From positions 1 through 40,844 of the IMG/VR virus record IMGVR_UViG_3300037485_001686: DNA of 40,844 nucleotides, one strand, 5' to 3'. A program made the translations under genes and the position numbers. The stretch is from a virus (taxonomy: Duplodnaviria; Caudoviricetes). The stretch's first letter is position 1, and each line of letters starts with the position of its first letter. This document shows positions 7,991 to 16,374 of the stretch, one piece after another. The notes under the pieces are model-generated. The model was not told the DNA's origin. It did no database searches and saw only the letters and a program-made list of their open reading frames with translations.

Positions 7991-8764
7991 TCATGCCGCG
8001 GTCTGGACGGTGAAGGCGTCGACCGTGGATCCGTCGGCCGCCTTGAACGTGCAGGCCAGGCCGGCTGCCGTGGCTTGGACCTCGAGCCATCCGTGGACGC
8101 TGACCGTCGTGACCAGCGTCGCTGCCGTGCCCACGGTGTCAAGGTGCGCGCCGCCGGTCCCGATCACCAGGAACGTCCGCCCGCCGTACTCGTGCCGCTC
8201 GTAGGCGTGGCCGTGGCCGCCGATCACCAGGTCGACGGCGGCGGCCTCGACGACCGGCAGGAAGGCCGCGCGGATCGTGGCCGCCGCGGCGCCCACGCGG
8301 GCGTTCGCCGAGAAGAGGGGATGATGCAAAAAAAGGACCGTCGGCCGGCCGGCTGGCGCCAGCGACAATTCCAGGGCGGCCATCGCTGCCTGGTTTGTCC
8401 TGATGCCCGCGTCCGAGCCGACCAGGTGGATCCCGCCGTCGATCACGTCCACGCCCGTCGACCAGGGCCATCCCTCGAGGCCTGGCGCGTACCAGTCGTG
8501 ATTGCCTGGGACCGCGATCGCCTGCGGGTAGAGGGCCAGGTAGGTGTCGTACTCGTCGGGCCAGGCGTGCTCGGAAACGTCGCCCGCGTCGTAGACCACG
8601 CCGCCTCCGATGGCCGCCGCGATCGCCGCGGTCGCCGCCTCCGGGTAGGGGTCGGTCCGCGAGAGCTGCACGTCGCTGACGAAACGCAGCGGCGCGTTCG
8701 CCGCGGCTGCCGGCCCTGGGTCGCGCGCTGCGCATTGCGCCATGCCGAAGCCGAGGCCGATCAT
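7991..8764 (-). CDS. Calcineurin-like metallophosphoesterase (purple acid phosphatase-like) with a head-spike docking leader
   Basis: Start MIGLGFGMAQCAA (ATGA overlap with upstream stop); motifs FVSDVQ, AGDV, PGNHD, HHP, GHGHAYER. Confidence 0.85.
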   Translation of the reverse strand: MIGLGFGMAQCAARDPGPAAAANAPLRFVSDVQLSRTDPYPEAATAAIAAAIGGGVVYDAGDVSEHAWPDEYDTYLALYPQAIAVPGNHDWYAPGLEGWPWSTGVDVIDGGIHLVGSDAGIRTNQAAMAALELSLAPAGRPTVLFLHHPLFSANARVGAAAATIRAAFLPVVEAAAVDLVIGGHGHAYERHEYGGRTFLVIGTGGAHLDTVGTAATLVTTVSVHGWLEVQATAAGLACTFKAADGSTVDAFTVQTAA

Positions 8765-9363
8765 GGCCGCTCCTGGTATCCCGCGGGCGCCGTTCCCTCG
8801 TTCATCATGGCGCCTGCCATCCACCTGGTCTGCCCGACCGCCGCGGCGCCGTTGAAGAGCTCGAATCGCGCCTGGAGGTTCTTGGCGTGCAGGCCGCGGG
8901 CCTCGAGGTCCAGCCATGCCCAGATCCGGTACCAACCGCTGCCCACGTCGGCGATCCCTCCGCCATCGGCGGTGTTGGCCGCCAGGCCGAAGGTCAGATC
9001 ACCGAACACGGTGTAGACCTGCTGGAAAATCGCGGCATCGGTCGCGTTGTAAATCCGGACCGACCCGTAGCTGTTGAACACGGCGGCGCTCTTGAAAAAC
9101 GCGCTCAGGCAGATCCTGGGCTCGGTCACGTAGACCGCGCTTTGGCCGGCTCGCTGCGACCAGTTGGATCCGGCGCCCGTCGCAACCATCGCGGTCGCCT
9201 TGGTCCCTCCCCAGGGATCAGGCTGGCCGGCAACGGCCGAGAAGGCTGCCGGTGCTCCGCCCCAATACGCCGCGCTGAATTGCCAGGAATCGGCGAGCAG
9301 GTTCCCTCGCTGCAATGAATCGAGCGCTGCGCATTGCGTGACTCCCAGGCCGATCCCGAACAT
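8761..9363 (-). CDS. Head spike fibre protein (RcGTA Rcc01080-like, carbohydrate-binding jelly-roll type)
   Basis: Leader MFGIGLGVTQCAA; NLL..S.QF...W, PDP.GG, GWYR.W, GAM.NEG..P.GY pattern. Confidence 0.7.
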   Translation of the reverse strand: MFGIGLGVTQCAALDSLQRGNLLADSWQFSAAYWGGAPAAFSAVAGQPDPWGGTKATAMVATGAGSNWSQRAGQSAVYVTEPRICLSAFFKSAAVFNSYGSVRIYNATDAAIFQQVYTVFGDLTFGLAANTADGGGIADVGSGWYRIWAWLDLEARGLHAKNLQARFELFNGAAAVGQTRWMAGAMMNEGTAPAGYQERP

Positions 9364-9376
9364 GGCGGCGCCTCCG

Positions 9377-9622
9377 CTAGTAGAGGTAGAGCACGTCGTA
9401 GCCGGTGATCGTCACGGCGCCCCAGACCTCAATCGGCAAAACCTGGAAGGGCACGCGGAAGGTGATGTTCCCTGCGGTGGCCTTGTTGGGTGCGGTGAAT
9501 TGCGTACCGGTGGTCGCGGCCAGGGCGATCGCCTTGGTCCCGCGGTTCGTATCGACCGTGGTCCTGAAGTCGCCGCTCGGGCTCATCGCGCGGATTGCCT
9601 CGAGCTCGCTCTTGATCGCCAT
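9377..9622 (-). CDS. Head spike base protein (RcGTA Rcc01079-like)
   Basis: 81 aa; SP...TKAI...ITF.VP...LPIEV...T...VLYLY* pattern; lies directly before GxGxG-leader genes. Confidence 0.65.
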   Translation of the reverse strand: MAIKSELEAIRAMSPSGDFRTTVDTNRGTKAIALAATTGTQFTAPNKATAGNITFRVPFQVLPIEVWGAVTITGYDVLYLY

Positions 9623-9637
9623 GTCGGCCCTCCCTGG

Positions 9638-11221
9638 TCAGTAGCGTCCGCGCAGCTGCGGGCCGTGCTCGCGCTCGTTGTCGTCTGCCGGCTCGCCGTC
9701 CTCCGGGTCATCTCCCCAGGAGGCCGCTCGCCCGCTGAACAATGCCAAGGTAATAGCACCGACCAGGGCGTCCACGCAATCGTCATTATCGCCGTCCGGG
9801 AACGTGCAGAGCTCTTCGATCATCACGGCCATCGCGCGCCCGCGGGCGGTGTCGGGCATCGGGAAAAACACTTGCCCGCCCTCGAAGCAGGGCGCTACTC
9901 GCTGCGCGCGGAAGAACTTATCCGTTTCGACGGCCACCGGAATGATCCGCCTGTCGATCCGCTCCTGCAGCTCCTGGGCAAATCCGGCTTGCATGGCGAC
10001 GGCCTCGACGCCGTGGCGGGCCGGGTTCCACTTTGCGACGGCCTGCTGAATGTTCGCCCGCATCTTGCCCATGCCGCAGCGCTCGTGGATCAGGTCCAGG
10101 ACGTAGACCTGGCGCAGGGCGATCTCCCGGCCCTCGGTGACGCCGATCGTGACCGTGGCCATGAAATCGCCCGCGCTGGTCCGCTTGGCCGGCAGGTCGG
10201 TGTACTGGTAGATCGCCAGGCCTTTCGGCACGGCCACCTGGTCCGCGTCCGCGGCGCCGTACCACTTGAATTCCGGGTACCGAAAGACCAGGCCGTCGGC
10301 GCTGCTCGTGTCCTGCTGCATTTGGGCGTTGAAATGGTACCGGCCCATTTTGCGGCGCCTCTTCTGGAGGTGCTCGGTCGTGAACCGCTCCGGGTAGTTG
10401 CTTGTCTCCTGGCCGTCGGGCCCGACCACCAGCGCCGGGATCTTGAGGACGGTTCCCTGGAGGACGCCGCCGTCCTCATCGATCCGGCCCTGGTCGAGGA
10501 CCTGGTATTGGTCGTTCGGATAGTACCGGGTGCCCACGTAATGGGTGCGGGTCGTTTCGAGGGCGCATCCTAGCATCGTGCTGCCATGCCACTCGGTCAG
10601 GTTGTCGCGCTGCTTTTTTGTGCGGCTATTCCGGATCGTGACCAGGTCGTCGAGGATGATGACCTCGAAATGCATGGAGGCCGCCTGGCCGCCTACGCCC
10701 AGGCAGGTGAAGGTGGCCTCGCTGATCGTCGGGTCGGTGCGCAGGAGGCTGGTCGCGTAGCTGTCCCGGTACCGGCCCAGGTCGCTGTACCGGTCGGCGC
10801 CGAAAAACCGGCCGAACATCTCGATCATGTCGCGGTTGGTCTGGAGAATCGTGCGGATCTCGCGCAGCATGCGCTCGGCTGCGGTTTGGGTGTCCGAGAC
10901 CAGGAGGATCCGCGCGTTCGGGTCGTCCAGGTGATACTTGATGGCCCGGACGATCGTGCCCACCGTGCTCTTGCCGAAGCCGCGCGCGCCCAGGACCATG
11001 TCCGCGTCGCGGGCGCCGAAGGCGACCAGGTTTTGGTGCTCGATGATCTGCAGGTGCGGCCGGTGAACGAAATAGCCGCAGGTCCGCGCGAGCCAGTAGA
11101 CGGCCTCAGCCTGCCGGGTCTTGTCCGGTCCCTGGTAGCTGATCGTCGCCTTCAGGCGCAGCAGGTAGGCTCTCCGCTCTTGGCGCGCTAATTCCGACTC
11201 TTGTGCTCTCCGGGATGCCAC
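9638..11221 (-). CDS. terL: Terminase large subunit
   Basis: Walker A GARGFGKST, Walker B IILDDLV, VGTRY, nuclease FPDGDNDDCVDA; GTG start with GAGGA RBS. Confidence 0.95.
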   Translation of the reverse strand: MASRRAQESELARQERRAYLLRLKATISYQGPDKTRQAEAVYWLARTCGYFVHRPHLQIIEHQNLVAFGARDADMVLGARGFGKSTVGTIVRAIKYHLDDPNARILLVSDTQTAAERMLREIRTILQTNRDMIEMFGRFFGADRYSDLGRYRDSYATSLLRTDPTISEATFTCLGVGGQAASMHFEVIILDDLVTIRNSRTKKQRDNLTEWHGSTMLGCALETTRTHYVGTRYYPNDQYQVLDQGRIDEDGGVLQGTVLKIPALVVGPDGQETSNYPERFTTEHLQKRRRKMGRYHFNAQMQQDTSSADGLVFRYPEFKWYGAADADQVAVPKGLAIYQYTDLPAKRTSAGDFMATVTIGVTEGREIALRQVYVLDLIHERCGMGKMRANIQQAVAKWNPARHGVEAVAMQAGFAQELQERIDRRIIPVAVETDKFFRAQRVAPCFEGGQVFFPMPDTARGRAMAVMIEELCTFPDGDNDDCVDALVGAITLALFSGRAASWGDDPEDGEPADDNEREHGPQLRGRY

Positions 11222-11882
11222 GGCGCAATTCCTCGATCCTGTATTCGGTGGCCTCGAGCTCCTGGTATACCTCGTCGCCTGGCACGTCGGCGACCTTTCT
11301 TTCGCCCTCCAGCAGCATGCGCTTTGGCGCCTCCCGCAGCAGCCCGATGTCGAAGGCGAACCGCTGCCGGGCCTGCCGGCACGCGGCCAGCTGGTTGAAG
11401 AGGCCCAGGCGGACGTTCAGGAAACCGACCGCGGCCGGGCTGGATCCGTGCTCCGCTGCCTGGGCCTCGTTCGCTGTCAGCTCCGCCTGCAGGCGCTCTT
11501 CCAGGTCATCGTAAAACCCCAGGGCGTCCCGGATCTCGTCCTCCGCGATGAACTGGTCCTCTGCCACCGGCTTGATCTTGCGGATCCGGTGGCGGTCCGC
11601 CCAGACCTGGCTGGCGCTGCAGCCGACGATGTCGGCGATCTGCTGGCCGTTCAGGGCGTTCCGGTACCGGATCATCAGGTCCCGGATCGCCATCTGCCGC
11701 TCGTTCAGCTTGCCTGTTTTCCGGCGCGCGTTCGGGCTCGGCGGGCGCCGGGCTTTCTTTGGTTTCGGGATGCCGGCCCGCGGCAGGTCCGGCTCGATGT
11801 CGGTGATCGGTGCCGGCCAGGTGTCCGTGTGCGGCATGGAGACCGCCAGCGCCTTGGAGACGGGCTTTTTTCTCGGTGGCAT
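11106..11882 (-). CDS. Probable terminase small subunit (HTH plus coiled coil)
   Basis: HTH LNGQQIADIVGCSASQVWAD; directly upstream of and overlapping terL by 116 nt. Confidence 0.65.
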   Translation of the reverse strand: MPPRKKPVSKALAVSMPHTDTWPAPITDIEPDLPRAGIPKPKKARRPPSPNARRKTGKLNERQMAIRDLMIRYRNALNGQQIADIVGCSASQVWADRHRIRKIKPVAEDQFIAEDEIRDALGFYDDLEERLQAELTANEAQAAEHGSSPAAVGFLNVRLGLFNQLAACRQARQRFAFDIGLLREAPKRMLLEGERKVADVPGDEVYQELEATEYRIEELRRGIPESTRVGISAPRAESLPAAPEGDDQLPGTGQDPAG

Positions 11883-11955
11883 CAGTGTCTGTCCTCTGCC
11901 TCGATCGGCCGGCTGGCGCCCGCCTGGGCCCTGCCGGGGTCACGTCCGCCTTGCA

Positions 11956-12414
11956 TCATCGGGCCCGCCCTGCGGCGCCCTTGATGGATTGTGCTGTCTT
12001 TAGCTGGATGAACGTGTCGGCCTGGCCGTGGATCGTTCCGTCGGGCAGGGCCAGGCCGGCTGCGATCGCCTGGGCCATCTTTTCCCGGACCGGGAAGGCC
12101 TCGCCGAGGACGGCGCGCAGGGCCCGGATCGCCACCGTGCGGTCCAACGGGCGCGCGGTCCACGCCCAGGTGCGCAGCTCCCGCGGGTCGCGTTTCTCGA
12201 TGCCGGCCAGCTCGGCTGTCCTGGTCACGACCTGATCGACCGGGCCCAGGGCGCCGCGGGCCTCGCCCCAAAATGCCAGGAGGATCCGCAGCTGCGGGTC
12301 CTGCTCGAGCAGGAGGGTGGCGCCTGGAATGGATGCCGTCCGCAGGCGGTCGCAGGCCACGTCAAACCAGGCCGGCCCGTCGTCCTGGTCGCGGTCCTGG
12401 TCGGGCGCGCTCAC
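11956..12414 (-). CDS. Hypothetical protein
   Basis: GTG start (VSAPDQD) overlapping the methyltransferase stop (GTGA). Confidence 0.6.
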   Translation of the reverse strand: MSAPDQDRDQDDGPAWFDVACDRLRTASIPGATLLLEQDPQLRILLAFWGEARGALGPVDQVVTRTAELAGIEKRDPRELRTWAWTARPLDRTVAIRALRAVLGEAFPVREKMAQAIAAGLALPDGTIHGQADTFIQLKTAQSIKGAAGRAR

Positions 12415-13721
12415 GCCCGGACCTCGGGATCCGCGTCTGCCTGCCAGTCCGCCTCGCGCGCGATCCTGGTCGCCTTGCGGTCGGTGAACTCTTCCCACCT
12501 CCGGATGATCACGTCGCAATAAACCGGGCTCAGCTCGATCAGGCGGGCCTGCCTGCCGGTCCGCTCGCAGGCGATGGCGGTGGTCCCGCTGCCGGCGAAC
12601 GGGTCCAGGACGGTGGCCTCGCCGTCGGCCGGCTCGTCCTGCAGCGGCGTGCCGCCTCCCGCGAACGGGTCCAGGACCGTGGCGCCCAGGAGGGTGCTGT
12701 TACGGATGGCGCGCTCGACCAGGGCCACCGGTTTCATCGTCGGGTGGACGTCGTTCCGGCTTGGGCGGTCGATCTGCCAGACGTCGCCCTGGTCGCGGGC
12801 GCCGCACCAGAAATGGGTTTTGCCCGCGGCGGTCACCGGCCACCCGTAGAGGATCGGCTCGTATTGGCGCTGGTAGTCCGCGCGTCCCAGGGTGAACCGG
12901 TCTTTGGCCCAAATGATGAAGGTCGACCAATGGCCGCCCGCTGCGCGGAAGGCCGCCTGCAGGATGTCCAGGTTGCTGCTGCTCATGCAGACGTAAATCG
13001 CGCCCGCGGTGTTGTCCACGATCTGCCGCATCGCCCGCTGGAGGAAATCCTGGAAGTCGGCGCCCAGGTCATCGTTGGCGATCACCAGGCGCTCGGCGGT
13101 GCCGCCCTCGTAGTCGACATTGTAGGGCGGGTCGGTGAAGCAGGCGGCTGCCGGCCGGCCGCGCAGGAGGCGCCGGTATGCGGTCGGGCTGGTCGCGTCG
13201 CCGCAGAGCAGGCGGTGCGCGCCCAGGGCCCAGAGGTCACCGGGCTCGGTGATCGGTGCGGCTCCGCCTGCCGGCACGGCGTCCGGATCCCGCTCGCCAT
13301 TGTCGGTCGCGTCCTTCAGCAGGCGCCTGGTCATCTGCTCGAGGTCGTCCAGGCGGAGGGCTGCGACCAGGTCCGGCAGCTCGGTCTGGAGCTCCTGCAG
13401 GAGGGCGTGGATATCGGCCGTGAATTCGCCGGCAATGGCCGGGTTGTTCAGGGCCACGTTCAGGGCTTTTTCTTCGATCTCGGGCAGGTCGACGACCACC
13501 ACGTTGGTTTCGGTGTCGCCCATCTCCTGCAGGGCTTTGATCCGTTGGTGGCCGCCGACGACGTGCCCGGTCTGCCGGTTCCAGATCACCGGCTGCACGG
13601 TCCCGAAGCGCTCGAGGCTGGCGCGCAGGCCGGCCAGGGCCTCGGGGCTGATGGCCCGCGGGTTGTAGGGCGCCGGGGTCAGGTCCTCCAGGCGCATGCG
13701 CGTGATCTCAGCGTGTCGCAT
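12411..13721 (-). CDS. ParB/Srx N-terminal domain fused to an N6-adenine/N4-cytosine DNA methyltransferase (beta class)
   Basis: Start MRHAEIT; YNPR...GGHQR ParB motif; LLCGD, TDPPY, HPTMKP, DPFAGSGTT. Confidence 0.92.
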   Translation of the reverse strand: MRHAEITRMRLEDLTPAPYNPRAISPEALAGLRASLERFGTVQPVIWNRQTGHVVGGHQRIKALQEMGDTETNVVVVDLPEIEEKALNVALNNPAIAGEFTADIHALLQELQTELPDLVAALRLDDLEQMTRRLLKDATDNGERDPDAVPAGGAAPITEPGDLWALGAHRLLCGDATSPTAYRRLLRGRPAAACFTDPPYNVDYEGGTAERLVIANDDLGADFQDFLQRAMRQIVDNTAGAIYVCMSSSNLDILQAAFRAAGGHWSTFIIWAKDRFTLGRADYQRQYEPILYGWPVTAAGKTHFWCGARDQGDVWQIDRPSRNDVHPTMKPVALVERAIRNSTLLGATVLDPFAGGGTPLQDEPADGEATVLDPFAGSGTTAIACERTGRQARLIELSPVYCDVIIRRWEEFTDRKATRIAREADWQADADPEVRA

Positions 13722-14097
13722 CGTGGTCCTCCGGTTCGGTTGTTGGGTCGGCCTGCAGGCGGTCCTCCGCCGAGAGGATCCTGCGGCATCGCGGATATGG
13801 GGTCGGTGGCAGTTGGTACACGGCCAGGTGCAGGCGTGGCAGATGTCCCGCATCGGCCGGCAGAGGGCGCTCCGCCTCGTCCGGCTCCTGGTCCTGGTCG
13901 GGCCCGGCCAGCGGCCAGTCCGCGGTGTTCTCCAGGTAGGCCTCCCGGATCGACTGGACCGCCTGGTCCCGTTTCGCGTGCCAGCCGATCCGGAATCCCC
14001 GGCCTCGGGCCTCCGCGCAAATGGCGATCAGGGCGCCGAGGCCGAAGATCGCCAGGATGCCGGCCAGGGTCAGGAAGAACTTCAGGGTTTCCGGCAT
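13708..14097 (-). CDS. Hypothetical membrane-anchored protein
   Basis: N-terminal hydrophobic helix FFLTLAGILAIFGLGALIAICA; GGAGG RBS. Confidence 0.6.
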   Translation of the reverse strand: MPETLKFFLTLAGILAIFGLGALIAICAEARGRGFRIGWHAKRDQAVQSIREAYLENTADWPLAGPDQDQEPDEAERPLPADAGHLPRLHLAVYQLPPTPYPRCRRILSAEDRLQADPTTEPEDHDATR

Positions 14098-14128
14098 GCC
14101 GCCCTCCCGGTTGTTCCACGTGGAATGC

Positions 14129-15055
14129 TCAGCCGCCGTAATCGGAGGCCCGCAGGAATCCTGCTGTCTCGCGCGCCAGGCGGACCACCTCCGCTCTCGC
14201 TTCCAGCTCTTCCGCCGATGCCGGCAGGTCCTCTTCTGCCGGCTCGGGCCGGATCCTGGCCGCGGGCGCCGGGCCGGCCTTGACCGCCATCTCGGCGATG
14301 ATGGCCTCGAGCGCCGCCCGCAGCCGGCCGGGCGTCCGGCACCGGCTGGCCCAGAACGGGCTCGTGCCCAGGTAGGCGATCGCGGCGTTCACCTCTGCCG
14401 GGTCCCGCCCGTCCTGCGTCGTGATCTGGTCGACGGTTTCGACCCACTTCCACCAGGCGTCGGTCATCGGATCCGGGACCTTGGCTTTCGGGTCCCGCTG
14501 CAGGATCCCGCGTCGCAGCGCCTCCGCGGTTTTGGTCGGGCCCGTTTCAAAATCAGGGGTCGCGGGCGCGCCCTCGCGCGCTCGCGTGCTCCCCTCTTTT
14601 TCTAGATCTGCCCTCTGATCTCTGAACTCTGATCTCTGATCTCTGAGCGTAGCATTTTGGCTATCCGCTTGGCTATCCGCTTGGCTATCCAGCGGTGCGG
14701 GTTTCTTGCCGCGGCCTCTGCTGCCGCTGGCGCCGCGAAGCCTATCTCTTTCAAAGGCCAGGCATTCCGCGCGGGAGCTCAGAACCTGGATCATGCCCAG
14801 GTCGGCGAACACCTGGAGGTCGACGGGCCCGCTCGCGTGGATCTCTTCCGCGATGATCTCCGGGTGAAACGGCATTGTGTTTTCTCGCCGGCAGGCGAGG
14901 GCGATCAGGCGGAGCAGGTGGCCGGCCTGGCTGTCGGTCAGCCGGTAGACGTCGTTCTCCGGGTCCAGGATTTTCGCGTAGACCTTGGCCCAGGGCGGGC
15001 TCGGTTCGGTGTAATGCTGAAGCTGCGACCAGTTGGCGAATCTGAAATATCGCAC
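14129..15055 (-). CDS. Replication initiator / replisome organiser (lambda O-like)
   Basis: N-terminal NW..LQHY....PPWAKV pattern typical of phage initiators; central linker encoded by tandem repeats. Confidence 0.7.
   Translation of the reverse strand: MRYFRFANWSQLQHYTEPSPPWAKVYAKILDPENDVYRLTDSQAGHLLRLIALACRRENTMPFHPEIIAEEIHASGPVDLQVFADLGMIQVLSSRAECLAFERDRLRGASGSRGRGKKPAPLDSQADSQADSQNATLRDQRSEFRDQRADLEKEGSTRAREGAPATPDFETGPTKTAEALRRGILQRDPKAKVPDPMTDAWWKWVETVDQITTQDGRDPAEVNAAIAYLGTSPFWASRCRTPGRLRAALEAIIAEMAVKAGPAPAARIRPEPAEEDLPASAEELEARAEVVRLARETAGFLRASDYGG
14613..14692. repeat. Iteron-like repeats (candidate origin) inside the initiator gene
   Basis: CTCTGA(T/A/G) x5 at 14613-14647; TTGGCTATCC(GC/AG) x3 at 14657-14692. 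Confidence 0.7.
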
Positions 15056-15057
15056 GG

Positions 15058-15492
15058 CTATAGCTCCCAGAGGTGAATTTCGGCACGCTCGTTTCGCGGG
15101 TCCGGCTTGCGGCGGATGCCTAGCTGGAGGTCGACCTGGCTGTCGTCATTCCAGACCTTGGCTTTGGTCAGCGCATCCAGGAGGCCCTTCCACCGGTTGT
15201 CCACGTCCCACCGTCGTAGGTTGCTCGGGAAAATGTCCAGGACGATCGCCACGCGGCCGGCCAGCGGTTCGGCCGGGACGGTCCCGGCGCCTGCCGGCAG
15301 GCGGCGCTCGCTCGCTCTCCGGTAGGCCACGAGGCCCGCGATCACCTTCCGGTAGTGGCGCCCTTCCGCGGATATCAAAACCCGGCCGCCGACATGGCGA
15401 TAATACTGGTTCGCCGTCGGCGGCATCGGGATCTGGAGGGTGTACCAAACGGCCGGCACCGGGATCGTGATCTGGTCGGGCTCGCCGGTCAT
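15058..15492 (-). CDS. rusA: RusA-family Holliday junction resolvase
   Basis: Start MTGEPD; PPTANQYYR, RRWDVDNRWKGLLDAL, WNDDSQVD. Confidence 0.9.
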   Translation of the reverse strand: MTGEPDQITIPVPAVWYTLQIPMPPTANQYYRHVGGRVLISAEGRHYRKVIAGLVAYRRASERRLPAGAGTVPAEPLAGRVAIVLDIFPSNLRRWDVDNRWKGLLDALTKAKVWNDDSQVDLQLGIRRKPDPRNERAEIHLWEL

Positions 15493-15713
15493 GGCATCTC
15501 GAATCGGTTGACCGCGTCGTCCGCCACGCCGCGGGCCCGGTCGGCCGCCTGGCCTGCGCTGTTGACCGCTCCGCACTTCGGGCAGCGGATCCTGCGCATC
15601 TCCTGGCCGCTCGCGTCCAGCGGCCGGCCGCGGTTGGTCACCGCCTCCGCGTCCGCGATCGTGAAGGCCGCCGGGCACCGCCAGCACCGGCCGTCCTGCT
15701 CTTGCTCCGCCAT
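15489..15713 (-). CDS. Small zinc-ribbon protein
   Basis: MAEQEQDGRCWRC...RCPKCG; GGAG RBS; ATGA overlap with rusA. Confidence 0.65.
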   Translation of the reverse strand: MAEQEQDGRCWRCPAAFTIADAEAVTNRGRPLDASGQEMRRIRCPKCGAVNSAGQAADRARGVADDAVNRFEMP

Positions 15714-15784
15714 CGTCGTGGCTCCTTTCGCGCCGTTCGCGCCTCTGGTATTTGGTCCCTGGCGCCCGGCCTGGTCAAGCTGTT

Positions 15785-16102
15785 TTAGAACAGGGTTGGC
15801 GGCGCCTTGTGGATCAGGGCCCGGTAGACCTTGTGTTTTCCTTTGCCGGTCGAGGTATTCTCGACCTCTTTTTCCTCGTAGAGGCGCTGCTCGAAAGGCC
15901 GCGCGCGGTCCTCCGCCAGCATCTCGCGCATGGCCCGCGGCGTCCGCCGAACGGGCACCGCGATTTCCATCTCGTGCGGCGACCACCACCGCGGCCAGGT
16001 GGCGACGAGCAGGCTGTTGATCCGCTGCTTGATCGTGGGGTCGGGCATCGAGCCCTGGTCATCCTGCCCGGCCTCGTCGCGCTCGAAGCGGTCGTCACTC
16101 AT
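15785..16102 (-). CDS. Hypothetical protein (possible winged HTH)
   Basis: 105 aa ORF with GGAG RBS in the gene chain. Confidence 0.55.
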   Translation of the reverse strand: MSDDRFERDEAGQDDQGSMPDPTIKQRINSLLVATWPRWWSPHEMEIAVPVRRTPRAMREMLAEDRARPFEQRLYEEKEVENTSTGKGKHKVYRALIHKAPPTLF

Positions 16103-16164
16103 CGGCTCCTGCCTCCATGTAGGTTGGCGCCCGCGTGACAGTCGCGGGCGCCGTCGACGCTGGA

Positions 16165-16374
16165 CTACTTCTTGGCGGTCGCCTTCATGAAGGCGATCTC
16201 CGGGGTCTCCTTGCGCGCCCGCGCGTAGTCGATCTGCACGCGCATGCCGTTGATGATCTTACCGGCCAGGTTGGCGAGCGTGTTCCCCTCGTCCAGTGTC
16301 TTGTCGCCGTTTTTGATCGCGTCGATGGCCTGCGCCATCTCGTTCGTCAGGTCGGTCATGTTATTGATTTTCAT
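16165..16374 (-). CDS. Small helical phage protein
   Basis: MKINNMTDL...ANLAGKIING; ATGA-coupled to the upstream gene. Confidence 0.7.
   Translation of the reverse strand: MKINNMTDLTNEMAQAIDAIKNGDKTLDEGNTLANLAGKIINGMRVQIDYARARKETPEIAFMKATAKK

Noticed and set aside
11106-11221. 116-nt TerS/TerL overlap as a frameshift error
   Set aside because: terL has its own GTG and GAGGA RBS; overlapping terminase genes are common
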